Source: Acidimicrobiaceae bacterium (GTDB lineage Bacteria > Actinomycetota > Acidimicrobiia > Acidimicrobiales > Aldehydirespiratoraceae). From it: 64,000 nt of DNA. The first letter of the stretch is position 1, and every line of letters starts with the position of its first letter. Made by a program: the position numbers and the translations under genes. The stretch covers positions 24 through 64,023 of the forward strand of contig PBTQ01000008.1 of assembly GCA_002729125.1 (NCBI GenBank), written 5' to 3'. A model generated the notes under the pieces. It saw only the letters and a list, made by a program, of their open reading frames with translations, made no database searches and had not been told where the DNA came from. Positions 55,286 to 64,000 of the stretch are shown in pieces.

Positions 55286-55876
55286 ATGCGTCACCCCGTT
55301 ACCTCGTTCCTGGCCGAGTGCAGCCACCTCCTCGGGGCTGTCGATGAGCCGATGGCCCAGCGCTTTGCCTCGCTGCTTGCCGCCGCGGCAGATACCGAAG
55401 GCGATCCCTCGGAACTCGCGTCGCCGTTCCCGCTGGGACCACATCCCGACATGGGTGCCATCGCCACAGCACGGACCGCTGCTGCGCTCGCCGGCCTGGT
55501 CGCTGCCGATCCTCATATCGGGTGGCGCCCTCCGCCCGAGGAGCACGTGCCGCCCGGATGGGCACATTCGGCGGCTGCCGCCGAGCTGTTGGGGCCCGAC
55601 GGCTCGATCACGGGGCCGGACTTGGAGCGATTCGGGCTCTTCTTCCTCAATGCAGGGGTCACCTATCCCGACCACTGGCACGACGCCAACGAGTTCTATT
55701 ACGTGCTCGCCGGTTCCGCGGTGTGGACCGTCGGCGATGAGACCACCCGTTCCTCGGCGGGCTCGTACATCCGAACGCCTTCACAGGCGGTTCACCGCAT
55801 CATCACCGACGACGAGCCCGTGCTCACGGTGTGGGGCTGGTCGGGCGACACCAGCTTCGATTCCTACGGCTACTGA
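55286..55876 (+). CDS. cupin-fold protein (possibly DMSP-lyase DddL-like family)
   Basis: ATG at 55286 within ORF 54596..55876. The cupin metal motif region is YPDHWHDANEFYYVLAGSAVW...QAVHRI. The family-level call is tentative. The 5' two-thirds of the long ORF is antisense shadow of the ABC ATPase. Confidence 0.5.
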   Translation: MRHPVTSFLAECSHLLGAVDEPMAQRFASLLAAAADTEGDPSELASPFPLGPHPDMGAIATARTAAALAGLVAADPHIGWRPPPEEHVPPGWAHSAAAAELLGPDGSITGPDLERFGLFFLNAGVTYPDHWHDANEFYYVLAGSAVWTVGDETTRSSAGSYIRTPSQAVHRIITDDEPVLTVWGWSGDTSFDSYGY

Positions 55877-56766
55877 TCGACCTCGTCGGGAAGCAACGAC
55901 CAGAACGCGTCCACGAGCGGGTTGTGCAGGTGACGCTTCAGGGTGAACAACCCGAGTTCGTAGGGCTCCAGCACAGGGTCGACCTCAAGCACGCGAACAC
56001 GTTCGGCATGAGGGCTGTTGTCGAGCACGATCTTCGGCACCACACCGAGGCCGAGCCCGAGACTGACCATGCTGACGATCGCCTCGTTACCGGCCACCTG
56101 GGCGTAGATCTTCGGCGTGACGTCGAGCCGGCGAAACCAGGCATCGACCCGGCGACGGGCGATGCCGCCGGCCGCAAGAATCATCGGGATCTCCGCCCAG
56201 GCCTCGGATTCATCCGGCGGCAGGCGCGACGGCATCGGATCGGCGGTCTCGACCGGCTCGATGAAGACGAGCGGTGAAACCCGGATCGGCTTGAACCGCA
56301 CACCAGCGGGCAGGTTGGCGGGCCGCGCCGCTATCGCAAGATCCTCCTCCAACGCCTGCACCCGCGCGATCGCATATTCGGGGTCGCCGGTCTGGAGCCG
56401 GATCTCGACTCCCGGATGGGCGGGACGGAAGCGGTTCAGCAGGTCGAACAAGATGCTGTGGCTGGCTGTGACCGAGCAGTAGAGGCTGATCTCGCCCCGA
56501 AGTTGGTCAGCAGGGTCGGTGAGCTCGAAGCGGATCTGTTCCCACTGCTGCACGGCATCACGGGCGTAACGCTGAAACCGGAGGCCGGCCGGCGTCAGCT
56601 CAACGGTTCGGTTGTCGCGATCGAACAACGCCACGTTGAGTTCGGCTTCGAGCTGTCGGATCTGGCGTGACAGCGCCGACGTGCTGATGTTCGCCCGGGC
56701 GCTGGCTCGCCCGAAATGCAGCGTCTCGCTCAGCTCGACGAAATGGCACAACGCCGTGATGTTCAT
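55870..56766 (-). CDS. ilvY: LysR-family regulator, IlvY orthologue
   Basis: ATG at 56766. The product is colinear with E. coli IlvY as I recall it (HFGRAS...STSALSRQIRQLE, RDNRTVELTPAG, GEISLYCSVTASHS, HPGVEIRLQTGD, EDLAIAARP, RRRVDAWFRR, GNEAIVSMVSLGLGLGVVP, NPLVDAFWSLLP). It is divergent from ilvC. Confidence 0.8.
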   Translation of the reverse strand: MNITALCHFVELSETLHFGRASARANISTSALSRQIRQLEAELNVALFDRDNRTVELTPAGLRFQRYARDAVQQWEQIRFELTDPADQLRGEISLYCSVTASHSILFDLLNRFRPAHPGVEIRLQTGDPEYAIARVQALEEDLAIAARPANLPAGVRFKPIRVSPLVFIEPVETADPMPSRLPPDESEAWAEIPMILAAGGIARRRVDAWFRRLDVTPKIYAQVAGNEAIVSMVSLGLGLGVVPKIVLDNSPHAERVRVLEVDPVLEPYELGLFTLKRHLHNPLVDAFWSLLPDEVDQ

Positions 56767-56873
56767 GAGCCCATCGTTGCAGATCTCGGGATACAACGTT
56801 GCACATATGTCCATTTACGAAACACACGCTGATCGATAGCATTCAAGCGTTCGATCTCACGTGGAGACTTGCC
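56767..56873. promoter_or_regulatory. ilvY-ilvC divergent control region with candidate LysR operators
   Basis: 107-bp AT-richer spacer. It contains GATCGA-N14-TCGATC (56831-56856), CAACGTTG (56794-56801) and CATATG (56804-56809). GGAGA lies 7 nt before the ilvC ATG. Confidence 0.4.
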
Positions 56874-58346
56874 ATGGCCAACTACTTCAACACCCTTCCG
56901 CTTCGTGCACAGCTCGCCGAACTCGGCAAGTGCCGCTTCATGCACCTCAACGAGTTCTCCGACGGCGTCGAGGCGCTCCGCGGCAAGAAGATGGTCGTGA
57001 TCGGCTGTGGCGCCCAAGGCCTCAATCAGGGTCTCAACCTCCGAGACAGCGGCCTCGACGTGTCGTACGCCCTTCGCGATGAGGCCATCGCCCAACAACG
57101 CCAGTCGTGGAAGAACGCCACCGAGAACGGCTTCACCGTCGGCACCTACGAGGAACTGCTGCCCACCGCCGATGTGGTGCTCAACCTCACCCCGGACAAG
57201 CAGCACACCAACGTCGTCGAGACGATCATGCCGATGATGAAGCACGGCGCCTGCCTCTCGTACTCGCACGGCTTCAACATCGTCGAGGAAGGCATGCAGG
57301 TCCGTGACGACATCACCGTCATCATGGTTGCCCCCAAGTGCCCCGGCTCCGAGGTCCGAGCCGAGTACGTCCGTGGCTTCGGCGTGCCGACCCTGATCGC
57401 CGTTCACGAGGACAACGACCCCAACGGCGTAGGCCTCGCCCTCGCCAAGGCCTACGCCGTCGGCACCGGCGGCCACAAGGCCGGCGTGTTGATGTCGTCG
57501 TTCATCGCCGAGGTCAAGTCCGACCTCATGGGTGAGCAGACCATTCTCTGCGGGATGCTGCAGACCGGCTCGTTGCTGTGCTTCGACAAGATGGTCGATG
57601 AGGGCATCGACGCGGCCTACGCCTCGAAGCTCATCCAGTACGGCTGGGAGACCATCACCGAGGCGCTCAAGTACGGCGGCGTCACCAACATGATGGACCG
57701 CCTGGCGAACCCGGCGAAGATCCGCGCCTTCGAGCTCTCCGAGGAGCTCAAAGACATCATGCGCGACCTCTACAACAAGCACCAAGACGACATCATGACC
57801 GGCGCCTTCTCGTCCGGAATGATGGCCGACTGGGCCAACGACGACGCCAAGCTGCTCGGCTGGCGTGCCGATACCGCCGAAACTCCCTTCGAGAAGACGC
57901 CAGCCAGCGACATGGAGATCGCCGAACAGGAGTACTTCGACAACGGCATCCTCATGGTCGCCATGGTGAAGGCCGGCGTCGAACTCGCTTTCGAGACGAT
58001 GACCGCCGCTGGCATCATCGCCGAGTCGGCCTACTACGAGTCACTGCACGAGACCCCGCTAATCGCCAACACGATCGCTCGCAAGAAGCTCTACGAGATG
58101 AATGCCACGATCTCCGACACGGCTGAGTACGGGTGCTACCTGTACAACCACGCGTGCGTGCCGCTGCTCGCCGACTTCATGACCGGAATCACGAGCGACA
58201 TGATCGGCAAGGGTCTCGATATAGCCGACACCGGCGTCGACAACGCCCACCTGATCGAGGTCAACGAAGCCATCAGAAGCCACCCGGTCGAGACAATCGG
58301 CAGCGTACTTCGCGGCCACATGGCCGACATGAAGCGCATCGTCTGA
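56874..58346 (+). CDS. ilvC: ketol-acid reductoisomerase, long class II form
   Basis: 490 aa and near-colinear with E. coli IlvC as I recall it ([127 protein letters not shown]). Confidence 0.95.
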   Translation: MANYFNTLPLRAQLAELGKCRFMHLNEFSDGVEALRGKKMVVIGCGAQGLNQGLNLRDSGLDVSYALRDEAIAQQRQSWKNATENGFTVGTYEELLPTADVVLNLTPDKQHTNVVETIMPMMKHGACLSYSHGFNIVEEGMQVRDDITVIMVAPKCPGSEVRAEYVRGFGVPTLIAVHEDNDPNGVGLALAKAYAVGTGGHKAGVLMSSFIAEVKSDLMGEQTILCGMLQTGSLLCFDKMVDEGIDAAYASKLIQYGWETITEALKYGGVTNMMDRLANPAKIRAFELSEELKDIMRDLYNKHQDDIMTGAFSSGMMADWANDDAKLLGWRADTAETPFEKTPASDMEIAEQEYFDNGILMVAMVKAGVELAFETMTAAGIIAESAYYESLHETPLIANTIARKKLYEMNATISDTAEYGCYLYNHACVPLLADFMTGITSDMIGKGLDIADTGVDNAHLIEVNEAIRSHPVETIGSVLRGHMADMKRIV

Positions 58347-58356
58347 TCGTTCTCGC

Positions 58357-59781
58357 ATGATCCGTCTGGACGCGCTGTCGGTCGACTTCGACGAGCGCTT
58401 TCAGCTCCACGACATCAAATGGACACTCCGTCCGGGCGAGCACTGGCTGATCACGGGCGCCAACGGCTCCGGCAAGTCGGCGCTCGCAGCCGTGCTGGCC
58501 GGCGACGGAGACCGCCTGTCGGGGACCCTTGAGGGGGTTCCCGAACGGGTCGCGCTCGTGTCCTATGAGCGGCAAGCCGACCTGATCGCCGCCGAACGCC
58601 GAAAGGACGACGCCGACATCCTCGACGTCATGTCGGAGGGCACACCGGTCGCCGAGATCCTCGGGGACGGCTGCGAGGACCTCGATCTGGCTCGGAACCT
58701 TGTCGACACGCTGGGCGCACGGCCCCTGATGAACCGGGCGTTCCGCAAGCTCTCGACCGGCGAGACCCGCAAGGTCATGTTGATCCGAGCACTCACGAGC
58801 CGAGCCGACTTGCTCGTCCTCGACGAGCCGTTCGACGGCCTCGACCACGACTCACTCATCTGGCTGCAGGGCCATCTATGCGAGCTCGCCGAGACGACAC
58901 CGATGGTGATCGTGCTCAACCGCTTCGACGAGTGCCCCGACTTCGTCACCCATGTCGCCTACGTCGACGACGGCCGCCTGCCTCTGTGTGTCGAGCGGGG
59001 CGACGAGCAGGCCTACGCCGAGCTCTACCAGCTACTCCATCTGAAGACGAGCGATCTCGAGATCCCTGCGGCCGACCCGGCGGCGCAGCTGCCGGCGCTC
59101 GATCCCGACAAGCCGCTCGTTCAACTCACCGGCGCCACCGTCCGTTATGCCGACAACACGGTGTTCGAGGGCCTCGACTGGACGATCGAACCGAACCAGA
59201 GCTGGCAGCTGAGCGGCCCCAACGGCAGCGGCAAGACCTGCCTGCTGCAGCTGATCACCGGCGATCACCCGCAGTGCTATGTCAACGACATCAACATCTT
59301 CGGCTACCAGCGCGGCACCGGCGAGAGCATCTGGGAGATCAAGCAGTTCATCGGGTACGTCTCGACGGCGCTGCAGTGGGAGTACACGGTGAGCACCGGC
59401 CTCCGGAACGTCATCATCTCCGGCTTTTACGACAGCATCGGGCTCTACACGAAGAGCACCGACGCTGAGAAGACCATCGCCGACGAGTGGCTCGCCCTGC
59501 TCGGCATTTCCGATCGAGCTGAAGAGCCGTTCAACCGGCTCTCGTTCGGCGACCAACGCCTCGTGTTGATCGCACGCGCCATGGTGAAGCACCCACCACT
59601 GCTGATCCTCGACGAACCGTGCCTCGGCCTCGATGACATGAACCGGCAGCTCGTGCTCGCCCTCGTCGAACGGATCTGTTTGGGCAGCGAGACGAGCGTG
59701 CTCTATGTCAACCATCGCGAGCAGGATCGCGTCGCCGGAATCGACAATCACCTGACCTTGAGCGACAACACGGGCGCCTAA
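58357..59781 (+). CDS. modF: ModF-like tandem ABC ATPase (no membrane partner)
   Basis: 474 aa with two ABC cassettes (GANGSGKSALA / LSTGETRK / LLVLDEPFDGLD and GPNGSGKTCLL / LSFGDQRL / LLILDEPCLGLD). It is colinear with E. coli ModF (LNRFDE.P.FV, TGDHPQ.Y.ND...FG..RG.GESIW.IK..IGYVS). Confidence 0.8.
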   Translation: MIRLDALSVDFDERFQLHDIKWTLRPGEHWLITGANGSGKSALAAVLAGDGDRLSGTLEGVPERVALVSYERQADLIAAERRKDDADILDVMSEGTPVAEILGDGCEDLDLARNLVDTLGARPLMNRAFRKLSTGETRKVMLIRALTSRADLLVLDEPFDGLDHDSLIWLQGHLCELAETTPMVIVLNRFDECPDFVTHVAYVDDGRLPLCVERGDEQAYAELYQLLHLKTSDLEIPAADPAAQLPALDPDKPLVQLTGATVRYADNTVFEGLDWTIEPNQSWQLSGPNGSGKTCLLQLITGDHPQCYVNDINIFGYQRGTGESIWEIKQFIGYVSTALQWEYTVSTGLRNVIISGFYDSIGLYTKSTDAEKTIADEWLALLGISDRAEEPFNRLSFGDQRLVLIARAMVKHPPLLILDEPCLGLDDMNRQLVLALVERICLGSETSVLYVNHREQDRVAGIDNHLTLSDNTGA

Positions 59782-59833
59782 CCCCTTCGGCGGGCCGAAC
59801 TTCCCGGCGGAACCAGGCGCCGCTGAGGCTGGA

Positions 59834-60334
59834 TCAGGTACCGAGCGACGGGAGGGCCACCCGGCCGGTGCGCTGCATGTCGACGATCCCGAAGGGGCGC
59901 AGACGCGCCTCGAGTTCATCGAGACGCGCTGGGCGAGCCGACCACGAGAGCATCAGCTTGCCGTCCCCCTCGTTGAGCACATAGGCGCGGTAGTCCTCGA
60001 CAATCTCCATCAATTCCTTGCGCTGCTCCCCCACCTCGACAATAACGAGCATGAGCTCACGCTCGACCGACTCAGCAGGATCAAGCTCGGAGATGTCGAC
60101 GACATTGATCAGCTTGTCGAGCTGCTTCACCACCTGATCGAGCGGCGTGCCCTCGATGTCGACAGTGAACGTGATGCGGCTGAACTTCTCGTCCTCGGTG
60201 GGCGCAACGGCCAACGAGTGGATGTTGAAGCCACGACGGGAAAACAGCCCGGCGACGCGAGCAAGCACACCCGGCTTGTTCTCGACGGTGGCGGCGATCG
60301 TGTGCCAGCGCGGGCTGATGGCGGAGACGTTCAT
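59834..60334 (-). CDS. ilvN: acetolactate synthase small (regulatory) subunit
   Basis: ATG at 60334 overlaps the ilvB stop (ATGA). The ACT domain reads HTIAATVENKPGVLARVAGLFSRRGFNIHSLAV. Confidence 0.92.
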   Translation of the reverse strand: MNVSAISPRWHTIAATVENKPGVLARVAGLFSRRGFNIHSLAVAPTEDEKFSRITFTVDIEGTPLDQVVKQLDKLINVVDISELDPAESVERELMLVIVEVGEQRKELMEIVEDYRAYVLNEGDGKLMLSWSARPARLDELEARLRPFGIVDMQRTGRVALPSLGT

Positions 60335-62127
60335 GACGCTGCTCCATTCCCGGCGTCGCCGCCGGAGGCCTCGCCGTCGATCAGGTGCTGCTGGCTCGGG
60401 TCTACGACCAGTTCGGAGTTGGTCTTGCCGGTCGGAACCATCGGGAAGACGTTCTCTCGGGCGTCGGTGACGAACTCGACGACGACCGAACGATCGTCGA
60501 TCTCGTTGGCCTTGGCGATCGCCGGGGCAACCTCCTCCGGCGACTCGACACGGATGCCGACAGCGCCCATCGCCTCGGCCCACTTCACATAGTCGGGGAC
60601 GTTGTCGCTGAGGTGCACCTCGGAGAAGCGCTCGTCGTAAAACATCTCCTGCCACTGGCGAACCATGCCGAGATAGCTGTTGTTGAAGAGGGCGACCTTG
60701 ATCGGGATGTCCTCGACGGTGGCTGTGACCAGTTCCTGGGCGGTCATCTGGAAGTTGCCATCGCCGTCGACCGCCCACACTCGACGATCGGGCATACCGG
60801 CCTTGGCGCCGATCGCCGCTGGGATCGAGAAGCCCATCGTCCCCAGACCTCCGGAGTTGATCCAGGTATAGGGATGGTCGAACTTCCAGAACTGGCTGGC
60901 ATGCATCTGGTGCTGGCCGACGCCCGAGCACAGGATCGTGTCGTGCGGATTGCCGTCGCGCAGTTGTTCCATCACGAACTGCGGCTTGAGCTTGTCGCCC
61001 GGCAGCGAATTCTCGTAGACGAGCGGAAACTTCTCCTGCCAACCGGAGACGGTGGAGCGCCAGTCGGAGCGGTCGGCCTGGGCCGAGGCGCCGAGCTTCT
61101 CCGTGACCTCGATAAGCCCCTCGATGACGAGCTTGCAGTCGCCCTGGATGCCGATGTTGTAGTGCCGGACCTTTCCGAGCTCCGCCGGATCGATGTCGAC
61201 ATGGATGATCTTCGCCGTGGGGGCGAAGCCGTCGAGCTTGCCGGTGACACGATCGTCGAAGCGGGCGCCGAGCGAGATGAGGAGGTCGCTCTTTTGCATC
61301 GCAGTGACGGCGGTGTAGTTGCCGTGCATGCCGGGCATGCCGAGGCAGAGCTCGTGGCGATCAGGGAACGCACCCCGGGCCATCAGGGTGGTGACGACCG
61401 GGATCTGCAGCAGTTCGGCGAGTTTGAGCAACGGTTCGGCGGCCCGGGCCTTGAGCACTCCACCGCCGACATAGAGCACCGGCCGCTCGGCCTGGGCAAT
61501 CAGGGCAGCCGCCTCTTCGATGAGGGCCGGGTCGCCCTCCATGACGGGTCGGTAGCCGGGCAGCTCCATCGGGATGGAATCAGGGTCGTACCAGGTCATC
61601 GTCGACTTCGGGTTGGTCGGGTCGACGATATCTTTCGGAATATCGACTAGCACGGGGCCGGGACGGCCAGTGGTCGCAATGTGGAACGCCTCGTGGATGA
61701 TCCGCGGGATGTCCTGGGCGTCGGTGACGAGGAAGTTGTGCTTGGTCACTGCCATCGTGATGCCGGTGGTGTCACACTCTTGGAAGGCGTCGGTGCCGAT
61801 CGCAGCAAGCGGAACCTGGCCGGTGATGCACACCATCGGAACCGAATCGAGCATGGCGTCGGCGAGGGGGGTGACGACGTTGGTTGCAGCCGGGCCGGAA
61901 GTGACCATGCACACCCCGGGCTTGCCAGTGGCGTGGGCGTAGCCCTCGGCCATGTGGCCAGCGCCCTGCTCGTGACGCACGAGCACGTGGCGGATTGACG
62001 AATCGAGAATCGGGTCGTAGACCGGCAGGATCGCGCCGCCAGGCAGGCCGAACATCACGTCGACACCCTCGTACTCGAGGGATTTCACCAGTGCTTCGCC
62101 ACCGTTGTTGGGGTTGGAGCTCGTCAT
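60331..62127 (-). CDS. ilvB: acetolactate synthase large subunit
   Basis: ATG at 62127 (MTSSNPNNGGEALVKSLEYEGVDVMFGLPGGAILPVYD...). ThDP motif GLGTMGFSIPAAIGAK...DGDGNFQM is present. Confidence 0.95.
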   Translation of the reverse strand: MTSSNPNNGGEALVKSLEYEGVDVMFGLPGGAILPVYDPILDSSIRHVLVRHEQGAGHMAEGYAHATGKPGVCMVTSGPAATNVVTPLADAMLDSVPMVCITGQVPLAAIGTDAFQECDTTGITMAVTKHNFLVTDAQDIPRIIHEAFHIATTGRPGPVLVDIPKDIVDPTNPKSTMTWYDPDSIPMELPGYRPVMEGDPALIEEAAALIAQAERPVLYVGGGVLKARAAEPLLKLAELLQIPVVTTLMARGAFPDRHELCLGMPGMHGNYTAVTAMQKSDLLISLGARFDDRVTGKLDGFAPTAKIIHVDIDPAELGKVRHYNIGIQGDCKLVIEGLIEVTEKLGASAQADRSDWRSTVSGWQEKFPLVYENSLPGDKLKPQFVMEQLRDGNPHDTILCSGVGQHQMHASQFWKFDHPYTWINSGGLGTMGFSIPAAIGAKAGMPDRRVWAVDGDGNFQMTAQELVTATVEDIPIKVALFNNSYLGMVRQWQEMFYDERFSEVHLSDNVPDYVKWAEAMGAVGIRVESPEEVAPAIAKANEIDDRSVVVEFVTDARENVFPMVPTGKTNSELVVDPSQQHLIDGEASGGDAGNGAAS

Positions 62128-62195
62128 GAGATGGGTTTCCAGATGTGAGACGCAGAGCGACGGACAAAAACTACCGGCCGAGAACGCAGGATCGT

Positions 62196-62232
62196 GCGAA
62201 AACGACAACGACCTCCCGTTGTGGGGAGGTCG
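62196..62232 (-). terminator. candidate attenuator terminator in the ilvB leader
   Basis: On the minus strand, CGACCUCCC-CACAAC-GGGAGGUCG (62209-62217 / 62224-62232) is followed by UUGUCGUUUUCG. It lies between the leader ORF and the ilvB ATG. Confidence 0.55.
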
Positions 62233-62272
62233 AGGCACACGATCGGGTCGGTTGGAGGGGCGCGAACGTGTG

Positions 62273-62323
62273 CTAGTTGGCTACAACTACGAGAAGGCCG
62301 ACAGCAGTGATCACGACACTCAT
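62273..62323 (-). CDS. candidate ilvB leader peptide MSVVITAVGLLVVVAN
   Basis: The 16-codon minus-strand ORF runs from ATG (complement of 62321-62323) to TAG (62273-62275). Nine of 16 residues are Val/Ile/Leu. It sits about 40 nt upstream of the terminator hairpin. No clear SD, so it may be leaderless. Confidence 0.55.
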   Translation of the reverse strand: MSVVITAVGLLVVVAN

Positions 62324-62343
62324 TATGACGGGCGCAGCCGGAC

Positions 62344-62916
62344 GTGGCAACGTTCGTTCTCGTGACCGCCTCTCACCCGCCCCTCGACGCCCGCTTGGGG
62401 GTGTACCCGGGGTCCTTCAACCCACCCACGGTCGCCCACCTCGAGATCGCCCTGACCGCCCGTGAGCACCACGGACTGCACCGGGTCGACTTCGCCGTCT
62501 CGACGGTCACGCTCGGCAAGGCATCGGTGATGCGGCCGTCCTTCGAGGAACGCCTGGCGGTCATCGAGGCGTCGATCGCCGACGTCGACGGGCTCGGCCT
62601 GATCGTCACCGAACACCAACTCATCGTCGACATCGCCGGCGGGTTCGACGTCGTCGTGATGGGCGCCGACAAATGGGCTCAGGTGAACGACGTCGTCTGG
62701 TATCCCGATCATGCCGCCCGTGACGCTGCGCTCGCAGCCCTGCCGGCCCTCGCTCTCGCGCCTCGAGCCGGGTTCGATGTACCCGACGAGCATGCGCTCC
62801 CGGTCGGGGCGGAACTCCTCGATGTGTCATCGTCGGCGGTTCGAGCAGGGCGCACCGAGTGGATGACCGACGCCGCTCGCCGACACCGAGAAGCGACCGG
62901 CGCCTGGGCGCCGTAG
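62344..62916 (+). CDS. cytidylyltransferase-fold nucleotidyltransferase, NadD-like
   Basis: 190 aa, GTG start, with GSFNPPTVAHL (HxGH-type motif) and VSSSAVR (ISSTxxR-type motif). Substrate is uncertain. Confidence 0.6.
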   Translation: MATFVLVTASHPPLDARLGVYPGSFNPPTVAHLEIALTAREHHGLHRVDFAVSTVTLGKASVMRPSFEERLAVIEASIADVDGLGLIVTEHQLIVDIAGGFDVVVMGADKWAQVNDVVWYPDHAARDAALAALPALALAPRAGFDVPDEHALPVGAELLDVSSSAVRAGRTEWMTDAARRHREATGAWAP

Positions 62917-62941
62917 CGTCTCCCTCGTGAGGTGGCTGACG

Positions 62942-64000
62942 GTGCGCATCGGGTGGGGTGAGACCGATCGGCAGATCCTCGCCCTCGCCCTGCCTGCGCT
63001 CGGCGCGCTGGTCGCCGAGCCGCTTTACATCCTCGCCGACACTGCCGTGGTCGGGAACCTCGGCACCCCACAACTTGCCGGACTTGCGCTGGCGTCATCG
63101 CTCCTACTGATCGCCTTTGCCGTTTTTATCTTCCTCGCCTACGGCACAACCTCAGCTGTCGCCCGTCTACTCGGCGCCGGCGAGCACCGCCAGGCCGCTC
63201 ACCAAGCCGTACAGAGCCTGTGGCTCGCCCTCATCGTCGGTGTTGTCATCGCCGGCGTCGGCTACCTAAGCCGCAACCCATTGATCGAGTTGATGGGCGG
63301 GCAGGGCGAAACAGCGATCAACGCGGAGATCTACCTTCGGATCTCGCTCCTTGGCCTCCCGGCGATGCTGCTGACCCTCGCCGGCGTCGGCTACCTCCGC
63401 GGCCTCCAAGACACCAAACGGCCGCTCTACGTCGCGATCGGAACCGCCATGCTCAACCTCGTCGTCGAGGTCGTCTTGATCTTTGGCCTCGACTTCGGCA
63501 TCGGTGCGTCAGCGCTCTCGACCGTCATCGCCCAGTGGGTTGGGGCGATGACGTACCTCGTGTGGATCACCCGGGCAATCGCCGAACACGCCGTCGGACT
63601 CGGCCCTGACTGGCGCATCATCGGACGACTCGCCGGCGCAGGCGCCGATCTCCTCGTCCGCACTGCCGCTATGCGAGGCGGTCTCACCGTCACCGTCGCT
63701 GTCGCAGCCCGACTCGGCGATGCCGATCTGGCCGCCCACGAGATCGCGTTCCAGATCTGGTCGGCCCTCGCCTTTGCGCTCGATGCCGTGGCGATCGCAG
63801 CGCAAGCGATGATCGGACACGCACTCGGTGCCGACGACGCTGCCGAGGCCCGACGCCTCGGGGACCGCATGATCCAGTGGGGCTGGTTCGCCGGGTTCGT
63901 CTTCCTTGCGCTCGTCCTCGCGTCAACCCCGGTGCTGCCCCACCTCTTCTCGAATGATCCGGCTGTGATCTCGCTCGTCGCGTTCTTGTTCATCCATGTG
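62942..64000 (+). CDS. MATE family efflux transporter (DinF-like), 5' portion (runs off the right edge)
   Basis: Not in the ORF track because there is no stop in the window. The frame from GTG 62942 (or 62927) reads VRIGWGETDRQILALALPALGALVAEPLYILADTAVVGNLGTPQLAGLALASS...LRGLQDTKRPLYVAIG..., a typical MATE N-half. Confidence 0.85.
   Translation, partial: MRIGWGETDRQILALALPALGALVAEPLYILADTAVVGNLGTPQLAGLALASSLLLIAFAVFIFLAYGTTSAVARLLGAGEHRQAAHQAVQSLWLALIVGVVIAGVGYLSRNPLIELMGGQGETAINAEIYLRISLLGLPAMLLTLAGVGYLRGLQDTKRPLYVAIGTAMLNLVVEVVLIFGLDFGIGASALSTVIAQWVGAMTYLVWITRAIAEHAVGLGPDWRIIGRLAGAGADLLVRTAAMRGGLTVTVAVAARLGDADLAAHEIAFQIWSALAFALDAVAIAAQAMIGHALGADDAAEARRLGDRMIQWGWFAGFVFLALVLASTPVLPHLFSNDPAVISLVAFLFIHV

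Noticed and set aside
56763-57785. 340-aa minus-strand ORF
   Set aside because: Antisense shadow of class II ilvC.
59032-61650. ORFs 59032..59919 (-), 59834..61042 (-, 402 aa) and 60385..61650 (+)
   Set aside because: The first is antisense to the modF-like gene and the third is antisense to ilvB. In the 402-aa ORF, only the last 166 codons (from ATG 60334) are IlvN. The upstream part overlaps ilvB out of frame and is R/P-rich.
1-64000. Search for tRNA, rRNA, CRISPR arrays, transposases, integrases and toxin-antitoxin pairs
   Set aside because: I found no cloverleaf-like T-arm/anticodon patterns, no regularly spaced repeats, and no ORF resembling DDE/serine/tyrosine recombinases. Scanning was by eye only, so small tRNA-like or miniature elements could have been missed.

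Overview
High-GC (roughly two-thirds G+C by eye), densely coding chromosomal segment that looks actinobacterial. All product calls come from my own reading of the translated ORFs; no database search was run.

Backbone: the order recA - miaB - miaA - dapF - hflX - (dapC-dapD-dapE) - lexA, with a divergent ChiZ-like LysM gene, matches the recA-to-lexA neighbourhood I remember from mycobacteria. I call about 65 protein genes. Most are housekeeping: lgt, DAP pathway, recA/lexA, miaA/miaB, hflX, msrB, mutM, rnhB, gpsA, cofC, otsA, gpgS, ilvBN. I found no rRNA, tRNA, CRISPR array, transposase or integrase.

Observations that stand out:
1. A candidate 6C-type sRNA (two hairpins with C-rich loops) in a 0.7-kb gene-free gap.
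2. Next to it, a partner-switching module. It has a LOV-like PAS domain whose photoactive Cys is replaced by Pro, fused to a PP2C phosphatase, plus a STAS antagonist, two RsbW-like proteins and a SigB/F-type sigma factor.
3. A 20-nt motif (19/20 identical) upstream of both recA and the LysM gene. It resembles the LexA-independent RecA-NDp/PafBC promoter and sits beside classical GAAC-N4-GTTC SOS boxes.
4. A lower-GC insert of about 0.7 kb behind msrB. It is bounded by a diverged second copy of the msrB 3' end and carries an orphan membrane zinc-ribbon ORF.
5. An enterobacterial-type ilvY - class II ilvC - modF block where actinobacteria normally have class I ilvC after ilvBN. A Val/Ile/Leu-rich leader peptide and terminator lie upstream of ilvB.
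6. otsA wedged antisense between the ATPase and permease genes of an ABC exporter.
7. A chimeric remnant ORF fusing an lldD-like 5' end to a glcF-like 3' end.

None of these is proven. The decisive check is given with each finding.
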